Shown here in pieces: positions 28,068 to 36,635 of a DNA stretch of 64,000 nucleotides. A program made the position numbers and the translations under genes. The notes beneath the pieces are model-generated. The model did not search any database. It was not told the DNA's origin and was given only the letters and a program-made list of their open reading frames with translations. Within the stretch, counting starts at the first letter, position 1. Each line of letters opens with the position of its first letter. The stretch is from Actinomycetes bacterium (lineage in GTDB: Bacteria; Actinomycetota; Thermoleophilia; BMS3ABIN01): the NCBI GenBank assembly GCA_021785935.1, contig JAJYOG010000008.1:999-64998 (forward strand). Direction: 5' to 3'.

Positions 28068-29642
28068 ATGTCGCTAAGAAAAAAGATAATCTTCGGCTTT
28101 TCCATCAGCGCCATCATTATCACCATCCTCGCCACCTACGAGTACGTCAACTTCATCCAGGTCAGAAACGAGATGAGGTTCCTGGAAGTGACGGACTCCA
28201 TCCGCAACACGTCCCTGGAGCTACGACGGCATGAGAAAAACTTCTTCCTCTTTCCTGAAAAATCCGCTGAGGAGTCCAAGGCAACACATGATTACCTTAA
28301 CCAGCTGGATGACATTACCGGCAGCATTCAGTCCGGCGATCCGGCGACAATCCAGAACCTGCGCAACCTCGTCACCGCCTACGGGACTCAGTTCGGAGAC
28401 ATCGAAAACCTGCTTAACGGCATCTTCGCTGATTTCGAGACCAGGAGAGCCCAATTCGGCACGGCGCAGAGCTTTGTGCCGCTGGCCGAAGCATATTCCC
28501 GCGACAAACCACTCTATGTCGCCGACTTTCTGAAGAGCACCGAGTCGTTGCCGGCGGATGATCCGTTGGTAACCAAACTGGCGCAACTCGACGCCAGTAT
28601 CAATTCCTTACGGCAGACAGGTGAAAATATCCTCACCGCCTCCGAGGGGCTGGACAAGAATGCCAGGGACGAAGCCGACAACGGCATCCTGCGCTCGCAG
28701 ACAGCGATCCTGATCTTCTTCCCTCTTTTCCTCCTGATTGGACTAGGCGCTTTGCTTTATATCAGCACCGGTGTGGTGCGCCGGCTGAAGACCCTGACCG
28801 TCGCCATCGACAGGATAGGTCAGCGTTATGCCCATGGCCATCCCGCGCCCAGGCTCAAGAGCGGCGGCAACATGGATGAGGTTGACATTTTGGTGGAAAA
28901 ATTCAACAACATGAACACGCAGCTGACCACCTGGGAAGAAGAGCTGAGCGAGAAGAACCGGGAGCTGTTGCAATCAAAGAAACTGGCCGCGATCGGCACC
29001 CTGGCGTCAGGCGTTGCCCACGAACTCAATAACCCGCTCAACAACATCAACCTTTCAGCACAGGTGCTGAAGAAGAATATTAAGAAGGACAACCCGGCCG
29101 CGACTCAGGAAATCATCGACGACATCGTTGGACAGACCGCCCGCGTCAAGGATATTGTGGGAAATCTGCTTGAATTCGCGCGGGAACGCGAACCCAGGCT
29201 GCAGGAGGTCGAACTAACCTCGCTGACGCGTAACGCCTACCGGCTCGTAAGCGGTACAATGGACGTCTCCGCGATCAGCTTCAACCTGGAGCCGGAAGCC
29301 GAAGCCGTCACCCTTTTTGCCGACCCGGCCCAGCTGGAGCGGGTATTCGTCAACCTGTTCGCCAACGCCGTTTCGGCGATGGATGAAGAGGGAAAACTTG
29401 GCGTGCGGATCGAGCCGGAGGCCGACGACGTGAGGATCTATGTTTCCGATACGGGCAAGGGAATATCCGAGGAAGACCGGGACAAGATTTTCGATCCCTT
29501 CTTCACCAAAAAGGAAAAAGGCACGGGGTTGGGCCTGGCGATCGTCATGAACGTGATCAGAAAGCATGGCGGCGATATCTCGGTGGTTAGCCAGGAAGGC
29601 ATGGGAACGGTCTTTGAAATCATTCTGCCCAGAGGAGCGTGA
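28068..29642 (+). CDS. Sensor histidine kinase, cassette 2 (paralog of 23085-24473)
   Basis: Same sensor signature (LELRRHEKNFFLF), HAMP, H-box GVAHELNNPLNNI, and HATPase GTGLGLAIV. Confidence 0.88.
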   Translation: MSLRKKIIFGFSISAIIITILATYEYVNFIQVRNEMRFLEVTDSIRNTSLELRRHEKNFFLFPEKSAEESKATHDYLNQLDDITGSIQSGDPATIQNLRNLVTAYGTQFGDIENLLNGIFADFETRRAQFGTAQSFVPLAEAYSRDKPLYVADFLKSTESLPADDPLVTKLAQLDASINSLRQTGENILTASEGLDKNARDEADNGILRSQTAILIFFPLFLLIGLGALLYISTGVVRRLKTLTVAIDRIGQRYAHGHPAPRLKSGGNMDEVDILVEKFNNMNTQLTTWEEELSEKNRELLQSKKLAAIGTLASGVAHELNNPLNNINLSAQVLKKNIKKDNPAATQEIIDDIVGQTARVKDIVGNLLEFAREREPRLQEVELTSLTRNAYRLVSGTMDVSAISFNLEPEAEAVTLFADPAQLERVFVNLFANAVSAMDEEGKLGVRIEPEADDVRIYVSDTGKGISEEDRDKIFDPFFTKKEKGTGLGLAIVMNVIRKHGGDISVVSQEGMGTVFEIILPRGA

Positions 29643-29646
29643 GACG

Positions 29647-30978
29647 ATGGCGTTCAGGGTACTCGTAGCTGAAGACGAGGATATCACAAGAAAGCATATT
29701 ATCAATGCTCTCCGGGACGACAAATACGAGACTGAGGGAGCGGCTAACGGCGCCGACGCCTTCGAGCGGATCGAAGCGGATGCGTTCGACCTGCTTATCG
29801 CCGACATCAAGATGCCCAAGATGAACGGCCTGGAGCTGCTCTCAAGGGTCAAGGCTACGTCGCCAGAGACAGAGGTCATCGTCATCACCGGCTTCGGCAG
29901 CATCAGCTCCGCCGTGGACGCGATCAAAAACGGCGCCGACGATTACCTGCCCAAACCCTTCGATCTGGACGAACTCATCCTCAAGGTCAACCGGCTGCGC
30001 GACCGCAAGGCGCTCAAAAAAGAGAACGTGGCGCTGAAGACTTACCTGGGCATGGAGGAGGACATCTCCGTGGTCGCCGTCAGCACCAGCATGAAAAAGG
30101 TGCTGGATATCATCCGCCGCATACAGGACTCGGACGCCACGATCCTTCTGACCGGCGAAAGCGGCGTCGGCAAGAATCTTCTGGCCAAGGTCATCCATTT
30201 TTCCAGCTCGCGCCGCGGGCAACCGTTTCTTTCCCTCAACTGCGCGACGTTCACCGAGGACCTGCTCGCTAGTGAACTCTTCGGTCACGAAAAGGGAGCT
30301 TTCACCAGCGCCGTCTCGCAAAAACAGGGGCTGATGCAGATAGCAGACGGCGGCACCCTCTATCTGGACGAGATCGCAGAGCTGTCGCCAAGCCTGCAGG
30401 CCAAGCTGCTCAAGGTCATCGAGGATCAGGAGTTCTACCGCGTCGGCGGCACCAAGCCCATCCGGGTGGATGTCAGGTTCCTGGCGGCGACAAATCAAAA
30501 TCTGGAAAAGGCGATCGCCGCGGGCAGCTTCCGCAAGGATCTCTACTACCGGCTTAACGTGATGGAGATAAACATACCGCCGCTGCGCGAACGCAAGAAA
30601 GACATCGAGCCTTTGGGCAGGTTCTTCCTGGCCAAGCACATGCCGGAGTACAGGAAGCGGATCCGGGGGTTCACCAATGAGTCGCTGCAAATCCTTCGAA
30701 ACTATAGCTACCCCGGCAACGTCCGCGAGCTGGAGAATATCATCGAACGCGCTGTCATCCTCGAAAAGAGCCCCTACATCACCCCCGAATCACTGCCTCA
30801 TTCCTTGAAACTGTTTCAAATCGAAACCATGGAACCGGACAAGATCAAACCACTGGATGAAATCGACCGCGACTACGCCAAATATGTGGTCGAAATGCTT
30901 GGCGGCAACAAGACGGAAGCCGCTCACCTCCTGGGTATCTCGCGCACCAGCCTCTGGCGGATGCTCAAAGAGGAGTAG
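29647..30978 (+). CDS. Sigma54-dependent response regulator, cassette 2
   Basis: The start is set at MAFRVLVAEDE (ATG 29647, just after the kinase stop). Contains GESGVGKNLLA, GAFTSA, ENIIERA and a C-terminal HTH. Confidence 0.92.
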   Translation: MAFRVLVAEDEDITRKHIINALRDDKYETEGAANGADAFERIEADAFDLLIADIKMPKMNGLELLSRVKATSPETEVIVITGFGSISSAVDAIKNGADDYLPKPFDLDELILKVNRLRDRKALKKENVALKTYLGMEEDISVVAVSTSMKKVLDIIRRIQDSDATILLTGESGVGKNLLAKVIHFSSSRRGQPFLSLNCATFTEDLLASELFGHEKGAFTSAVSQKQGLMQIADGGTLYLDEIAELSPSLQAKLLKVIEDQEFYRVGGTKPIRVDVRFLAATNQNLEKAIAAGSFRKDLYYRLNVMEINIPPLRERKKDIEPLGRFFLAKHMPEYRKRIRGFTNESLQILRNYSYPGNVRELENIIERAVILEKSPYITPESLPHSLKLFQIETMEPDKIKPLDEIDRDYAKYVVEMLGGNKTEAAHLLGISRTSLWRMLKEE

Positions 30979-31075
30979 TGTTCATCGTTCACTAGCGTTC
31001 AAATTTGAGACGCCTGATTTAGCTTCGTATTAAATTCAACCTCGTTTTACCACATTTTGCAGGTCATTTTCTAAT

Positions 31076-31091
31076 TGGCACACTTCTTGCT
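31076..31091 (+). promoter_or_regulatory. Sigma54 (-24/-12) promoter, cassette 2
   Basis: TGGCAC-ACTTC-TTGCT, 40 nt upstream of ATG 31131. The flanks resemble promoter 1 (TTGCTTCTT...AATAG). Confidence 0.85.
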
Positions 31092-31130
31092 TCTTATTCT
31101 ATGGCAATAGAAACAAGGAGGTGAAAGAAG

Positions 31131-31610
31131 ATGTCAAAGCAAGAAATCCTGTATGTCGCCTACCGTGATGAAGATCTCGAAGACGGCATTTCCTACGCCA
31201 TGTACCTTTCGAACCTGCTGGGAGAGAGGCTGAGGGTAATCCTCTTGAGCAGGAGCGGTTTCGGCAGAAAATTCAACGACCTGATGAGCGCCGTTACCTT
31301 CGCCGAGGCCAACGAGCACGATACGGCCCGCCGGATCCTTTCTCATGAAGGAGAGGAAAGTGAGGCGGCTTCCATCCAGACCCGCCTGATGGAAAAGTGC
31401 GAGAGCGAGGGAATCGAGGCAACGGTCCATATCGGCCTCGAGGCCACCGTCACCGTGATCATGAACTTCCTCAGGCAGAAGAAGGTCGATCTGGTGCTGC
31501 TCAGCCCCGAGGTGACTGAAAGCCGTTCCATACTCAAGAAGCTTGTGAAGACTTCGCCGCGGCCGGTTATCACCATGGCTCGCGGCGCCAGCAGCTTCAT
31601 CCCTTCCTGA
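31131..31610 (+). CDS. USP-like protein with internal FAEANEHDTARR motif
   Basis: AAGGAGG RBS. Reads ILYVAYRDEDL...RKFNDLMSAVTFAEANEHDTARRIL...VDLVLLSPE. Confidence 0.6.
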   Translation: MSKQEILYVAYRDEDLEDGISYAMYLSNLLGERLRVILLSRSGFGRKFNDLMSAVTFAEANEHDTARRILSHEGEESEAASIQTRLMEKCESEGIEATVHIGLEATVTVIMNFLRQKKVDLVLLSPEVTESRSILKKLVKTSPRPVITMARGASSFIPS

Positions 31611-31652
31611 TTAACCAATAACCAAGCCGAATAAAGGAGGAAATAACCCTTA

Positions 31653-32582
31653 ATGTATATATATCTGCCGGTTGCACATACAAGCGTCAATATCCTCATC
31701 CCGATTGCCCTGGGATTGTCGGTAGGGCTTCTGTCCGGGCTTTTCGGTGTCGGCGGAGGCTTCTTAATGACGCCGCTGCTGATCATGCTGGGCATCCCGC
31801 CAACGGTAGCCGCGGCCACCGATTCCAACCAGATTGTCGCCGCTTCCACCTCGGGCACGTTCGCCCACTGGAGGCTCGGCAACGTCGACTTCAAGATGGG
31901 CTCCGTCCTGCTGGTAGGTGGTTTTGGCGGCGGCCTTGCCGGGGTGCAGTTCATCAAGGTGCTGAAGGCGATGGGTAACGCCGACTTCGTCATCAAGCTC
32001 ACCTATGTGCTGATGCTCGGGATTGTCGGCAGCTACATGTTCGCCGAAAGCGTCGCCGCCATCAGAAGGCGGAAAAAGGAGCATGTTGAGGCAGCGCCAA
32101 AACCCGATTCAAGGTTCACGCGCTTCCTGAAATCGCTTCCTTTCCAGATGGAGTTCCAGAAATCGGGCGTCACCCATTCCGTTTTGCTGCCAGGTTTCTT
32201 TGGCGTTTTCGTCGGCCTGCTGGCCGCGGTCATGGGCGTGGGCGGTGGCTTTCTGCTGGTCCCGGTCATGGTTTACATGCTCCGGATGCCGATGCACGTC
32301 GTCGTTGGAACCAGCCTCTTCCAGATTCTGTTCAACTGCGTAGAAGTCACATTCCTGCAGGCTTATACGAACCACACGGTTGATTTCATGCTCGCCCTGC
32401 TGCTGCTGGTTGGCTCCACGCTGGGAGCCCAGGTCGGGACGATCTTCGGCCGCAAGCTCAAGGGTGAACAGCTCAAGATCCTGCTGGCGATTCTGGTGCT
32501 GGCGGTCACGGTGAAGATGATAACCGATCTCACTTTGACGCCGGATCTGCTGCTCGGCCCGGCCGGGGGGCATGGAGGATGA
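31653..32582 (+). CDS. TauE/SafE (DUF81) family anion permease
   Basis: Contains GLLSGLFGVGGGFLMTPLL and GLLAAVMGVGGGFLLVPVM, an internally duplicated 4+4 TM arrangement. Confidence 0.85.
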   Translation: MYIYLPVAHTSVNILIPIALGLSVGLLSGLFGVGGGFLMTPLLIMLGIPPTVAAATDSNQIVAASTSGTFAHWRLGNVDFKMGSVLLVGGFGGGLAGVQFIKVLKAMGNADFVIKLTYVLMLGIVGSYMFAESVAAIRRRKKEHVEAAPKPDSRFTRFLKSLPFQMEFQKSGVTHSVLLPGFFGVFVGLLAAVMGVGGGFLLVPVMVYMLRMPMHVVVGTSLFQILFNCVEVTFLQAYTNHTVDFMLALLLLVGSTLGAQVGTIFGRKLKGEQLKILLAILVLAVTVKMITDLTLTPDLLLGPAGGHGG

Positions 32583-33367
32583 GATATCTTTTGACTAAAA
32601 GCATAATTGTGTTGACTCTGACCGTGCTATTGCTGGTGTGCCTGACATCCGGCGCCTGGGCGGCGATGACAGCCAAAGCGAATCACGATGATATCCAGAT
32701 GAATCTGACCTATCACGGCAGCACCGTCAGCGTCAGTGGCGTTACCGACCCGGGCGTTGACCTGTTCGTAAAAGTAACCTCGACCGCCAAGGCGGAAGAA
32801 AAGATGATGAGAAAAGACAAGGAAGCCGGGTTCCTCTGGATGAATGTCGAGCAGATCGAACTGAACCCGGTGCCGGAAGTATACCTGATCCGGAGCACCA
32901 AACCGCCGGAAGAACTGCTCGACGCCTCGCAGCTGAAGGCCGAGAGCCTCGGCTACGCCGGGCTGGAAGAAAATATCGAAATCTCTCCCCAGCCCAGTCC
33001 CGAACAGAGAAAATCCCTGCTGGGCGACTTCATCAAATACAAGGAGTCGCTAGGCGTTTATTCACAATCGGTAGGCGGCATCGAGATCAACCCGGATCCT
33101 TCCGGACAGCAGACTTACCACACTATCTTTGACTGGCCTTACCAGGCGCCCCCGGGCGACTACGTGGCTACGGCATACGCCGTCAAGAATGGCAAGATCG
33201 TCGATAAGGCAGACTGTAAGATCACGGTCGAAGAGACCGGCGCCGTCAAGACGCTTGACGATATGGCGCAGAATAACGCTGCGCTTTACGGAACCCTGGC
33301 TATCGGCGTATCGCTGACGGCGGGCTTCGGCGTCGGCCTCGTCTTCAAGGGTGGTGGTTCACACTGA
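32579..33367 (+). CDS. Secreted/periplasmic protein with C-terminal TM anchor, translationally coupled to the TauE permease (TIGR02186-like topology)
   Basis: ATGA overlap with the permease stop. It has a signal peptide (LTVLLLVCLTSGAWA) and a C-terminal TM (LAIGVSLTAGFGVGLVF). Any family assignment rests on length and topology only. Confidence 0.55.
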   Translation: MRYLLTKSIIVLTLTVLLLVCLTSGAWAAMTAKANHDDIQMNLTYHGSTVSVSGVTDPGVDLFVKVTSTAKAEEKMMRKDKEAGFLWMNVEQIELNPVPEVYLIRSTKPPEELLDASQLKAESLGYAGLEENIEISPQPSPEQRKSLLGDFIKYKESLGVYSQSVGGIEINPDPSGQQTYHTIFDWPYQAPPGDYVATAYAVKNGKIVDKADCKITVEETGAVKTLDDMAQNNAALYGTLAIGVSLTAGFGVGLVFKGGGSH

Positions 33368-34233
33368 GCCTATACAAAAACATCATTCTGGCCTTCGACG
33401 ATTCGAAGTACAGCCGGGCGGCGCTGGTCGAAACCCTCTCGTGGGCAAAGGCCCATAGCAGCAAGGTAACGATCGTGCACGCCGTGTTCTTCGACTCGGA
33501 GGAGTTCAGCATCTCCCCCAGCCAGCTTGAGGAGCGGCTGTGTCATGGCAAGGAATCCTGTGAGCGGGCCGTAGAGGAATACTCTCCCGAGTTCGGCGTC
33601 GATATCGAATATCTCGTCATCCAGGGGGAGCCTCACGAAGTGATTCCGGCGGTGGCCAGAGAGAGGGGAGCGGATCTCATCGCCATGGGCACCTACGGCC
33701 GGCGGGGTATCCGCAGGATGATCATGGGGAGCGTCACTTCGGGCGTCATCCTCAACTCTCCCTGCGACGTCCTCGTGGTCAAGAAACCATGCGAGGATTG
33801 CACCGGCGACTACCGTCGCATCCTGGTGCCGTATGACGACTCGGAGCTAAGCCGCAAGGCAGTCAGCCGTATCGTCAACATCACCAACTCGCATACCGGC
33901 GAATCGTCGGCGACGATCCTCTATGTCATCCCGCGTTACGAAGAGATGGTTGGGTTCTTCCGCTCCAGCGCCATCGAGGGCAGGCTGCGCGAAGAGGCGA
34001 CCAAGATCGTCCTCGGCGGTGAGAAGATCGCCGCGGATGAGGGCCTCACCGCAAACACAGTTGTGGAGGAAGGCAACCCCGCTGACAAAATTGTCGAAAC
34101 CGCCAAGGGACTCGGCAGCGATCTGATCGTGCTTGGCAGCCACGGCTGGCGCGGTATCGACAAGTCGATACTGGGCAGCACGACAGAGCGCGTCATCGCC
34201 ACCGCGAGCGTGCCGGTGCTGGTGGTGCGTTAG
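33364..34233 (+). CDS. Tandem-domain universal stress protein; start must lie upstream of the first canonical start (probable CTG 33364)
   Basis: The frame upstream of GTG 33475 encodes LYKNIILAFDDSKYSRAALVETLSWAKAHSSKVTIVHAV, the conserved first beta-alpha-beta of a UspA domain. The second domain is ILVPYDDSELS...LGSHGWRGIDKSILGSTTERV. Confidence 0.75.
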   Translation: MSLYKNIILAFDDSKYSRAALVETLSWAKAHSSKVTIVHAVFFDSEEFSISPSQLEERLCHGKESCERAVEEYSPEFGVDIEYLVIQGEPHEVIPAVARERGADLIAMGTYGRRGIRRMIMGSVTSGVILNSPCDVLVVKKPCEDCTGDYRRILVPYDDSELSRKAVSRIVNITNSHTGESSATILYVIPRYEEMVGFFRSSAIEGRLREEATKIVLGGEKIAADEGLTANTVVEEGNPADKIVETAKGLGSDLIVLGSHGWRGIDKSILGSTTERVIATASVPVLVVR

Positions 34234-34235
34234 CG

Positions 34236-34655
34236 ATGATGGGCCACAGAAACCTGCTGGTCGCGGCAAATGGCTCGCCACAGGCGCTCGAGGAAGGTTT
34301 GCGTCTGGCCGCCAAGGAAAACTGCTGGGTCACGGTGCTCAAGGTCGTCGCTCCATACGAGGGTGACATCGACCTCACCGGGATCAAGGATATCCGGCAG
34401 GTGTTGACCTCGGACCGGCTCGGCGAAGCCCGGGCCTGGAACCGGGCGCTGCGCAATGAAGAAGCGGCGCGCTTGCGGGTCGAGCAGGGCGATCTCCCGG
34501 AAACGATAAACCGGGTCGCGGAAGAAGAGGGATGCGACCTGATTATCATGGGAGTTAAAAAAAGCGGTGGCTTTCTGCGCCGCCTTGCGGAGAGCAACGC
34601 GGTCCGGCGCGTGACCAGCAAGGCTCCCTGCTCGGTGATGGTGGTGGAGGCCTGA
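34236..34655 (+). CDS. Universal stress protein (single domain)
   Basis: Contains NLLVAANGSPQA...LIIMGVKKSGGFLRRLAESNAVRRVTSKAPCSVMVV. Confidence 0.8.
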   Translation: MMGHRNLLVAANGSPQALEEGLRLAAKENCWVTVLKVVAPYEGDIDLTGIKDIRQVLTSDRLGEARAWNRALRNEEAARLRVEQGDLPETINRVAEEEGCDLIIMGVKKSGGFLRRLAESNAVRRVTSKAPCSVMVVEA

Positions 34656-34660
34656 CGGTA

Positions 34661-34728
34661 AAACCGTTGGGGACACCGTACGAAACCGTTGGGGACACCG
34701 TACGGGGAAACTGGTGGGAATACCGTAC
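34661..34728. repeat. 22-bp tandem repeat x3 (third copy degenerate)
   Basis: AAACCGTTGGGGACACCGTACG at 34661-34682 and 34683-34704. AAACTGGTGGGAATACCGTACG at 34707-34728. Confidence 0.85.
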
Positions 34729-34805
34729 GGGTTTAGCCGGAAGTGTTGATAAAATAGACGTATTATGGGGATGGCGCCGGCGAGCCGCCGGCGCCATCCC
34801 CTTTG

Positions 34806-36077
34806 TTATTTCGACTCAGAGTGTTCCCTAGACTCAGATTGATCCCTAGACTCAGATTGATCCTTCGACTCAGATTGATCCTTGGATCCAGACTGTTCCC
34901 TCGATCCAAACCAGTTGGCCAGCGGCGTATCCGAAGCGCTATGAAAGATTATCGAGCCAACGACCACCAGCGCCGTCAGATTGTATATGTGTTCCCCTTC
35001 CGGCACTCCGAGGTTTAATACCAGCAGCGAGTAAGCTATGCAGGCAACGCCCTTGGGCCCGAACCAGGCCATGAACAGCCTCTGCGCCCGGTCTAGCCTG
35101 GTGCCGATAAGCGCCGGCAGCAGCGCCAGCGCCCGGGCGAGGAAGAGCACGAACGCCGCGAAAAGTAACCCCATGGCTCCATCCTCCAGCAAAATGCTAA
35201 AGGTAATCAGGCTGCCAAATATTACAAAGGTCCCGAGTTTAAGTATCTCACCCAGATCGCGGCTGAAGCGGGACATGACGGCAGCGTCGCTTTCCGCCAT
35301 CCCGGCCATGACAAGCCCTGCCACATACACCGTGATGAAACCATTGCCGCTTAAAAGTATTGAAATGCCGTAAAGGGATAGCGCCACCGCAAAGGCATAT
35401 AACGAACGATAATGAGGGACAAGAGCCAGCCGCCCCCGGAAGAGGCCGAGCACCTTGACCGCGAGGAAAGCGCCGGCGATGCCAACGGCGGCGCCGAAAG
35501 CCAGGTCATAAGTGAGAAAATGCCACCAGGGGCGTCCGCAGCAATTTGCCTGCAGGGCTAGCGCAAAAATCAAGACGGCTGGCAGTGCCAGACCATCGTT
35601 AAAGCCCGATTCCAGGTTGAGGCTGTTGCGGACCGCGGCCGGAATCTTGCGATTGGTGACCACCGATGAGGTAAGCACCGGGTCCGTCGGACTGAGCAGC
35701 GCTCCCAGCAGCAGCGATTGCGGCCAGGACAAACCGAGTAGATAACGGGCTGCTACCGCGGTCACGCCCGCGGTCAGAGGCATGGCGATCAGTAGTGAGC
35801 GCAGCGGCACGTGCCAGCCTCTCCTGACGACGCCCCTTTCAACCTCGAGCCCATCCACAAAAAGGATAACCAGCAGCGTCAGTTCGGTAACCCGCTGCAC
35901 GAATGCCGAGGTGGCGCTCTCATCAATGACGCCGAAGCCCTGGCGCCCCAGGATCATTCCCGCGGCCAGAAAGAAGATTGCCAGGGATAGAATGCTGCGA
36001 TGAACAAGACCGGAAAGCAGGGCTCCCGCCACCAGGAGCAGACCCAACAGCAGGAGATATATTTCGAAAGTTTCCAC
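34806..36077 (-). CDS. CPA1-family Na+(K+)/H+ antiporter (NhaP-like) with repetitive Ser/Glu/Lys/Asp C-terminal tail
   Basis: About 11 TM segments with SPTDPV and FNDG motifs. The C-terminus is SGSKDQSESKDQSESRDQSESREHSESK, encoded by 18-bp tandem repeats. Confidence 0.85.
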   Translation of the reverse strand: METFEIYLLLLGLLLVAGALLSGLVHRSILSLAIFFLAAGMILGRQGFGVIDESATSAFVQRVTELTLLVILFVDGLEVERGVVRRGWHVPLRSLLIAMPLTAGVTAVAARYLLGLSWPQSLLLGALLSPTDPVLTSSVVTNRKIPAAVRNSLNLESGFNDGLALPAVLIFALALQANCCGRPWWHFLTYDLAFGAAVGIAGAFLAVKVLGLFRGRLALVPHYRSLYAFAVALSLYGISILLSGNGFITVYVAGLVMAGMAESDAAVMSRFSRDLGEILKLGTFVIFGSLITFSILLEDGAMGLLFAAFVLFLARALALLPALIGTRLDRAQRLFMAWFGPKGVACIAYSLLVLNLGVPEGEHIYNLTALVVVGSIIFHSASDTPLANWFGSREQSGSKDQSESKDQSESRDQSESREHSESK

Positions 36078-36116
36078 GGGATTTACCGGGAGTGAAACCC
36101 AGTCTGAAACCGGGTT

Positions 36117-36593
36117 TTATCCCAGCGTCATCCTCGCACCGGGGGTTGCGTCCGCGCTCGGCGCCACGACCACCGGGCAGGGCAGATCCCTGCCTACCTG
36201 ACGGACAACACGCTCGGCGGTGCTGCCGATGAGCTGGCGCCCGAAGCGGCGGCGTCCGGTTGCGCCCAAAACGATCATGACAACGTCGTCGTTTTCCTGG
36301 GCGTAACGGATAATCTCGCGGGATGAGTCTCCATGGCGAATCTGCAGATCGATGGCAAGGCCGCTCCTGGCGGCCTCTTCCCCCAGATCGTTCAGGATCC
36401 GTTCGGCGTGTTCCTGCAGCTCCTGGGTAACGTTATCGCGGACGGCCTGCCATTCCGAAGCGTAGCGATCGACGTCGACAACTCGCAGGCCGATCAGTTC
36501 CAGGCCCATCTTCGCCGCTATCTGAAATGCGTAGCGGGCAGCGTCCATCGCCGGCTCAGAACCATCAGTCGCTATGAGTATCTTTTTTGCCAT
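36117..36593 (-). CDS. Universal stress protein (single domain)
   Basis: Contains KILIATDGSEPA...VLGATGRRRFGRQLIGSTAERVVRQVGRDLPCPVVVV. Confidence 0.88.
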   Translation of the reverse strand: MAKKILIATDGSEPAMDAARYAFQIAAKMGLELIGLRVVDVDRYASEWQAVRDNVTQELQEHAERILNDLGEEAARSGLAIDLQIRHGDSSREIIRYAQENDDVVMIVLGATGRRRFGRQLIGSTAERVVRQVGRDLPCPVVVAPSADATPGARMTLG

Positions 36594-36635
36594 TACACAC
36601 TCCCGGCGCCGGACGGTTCTGTTGTATAGCTCCGG

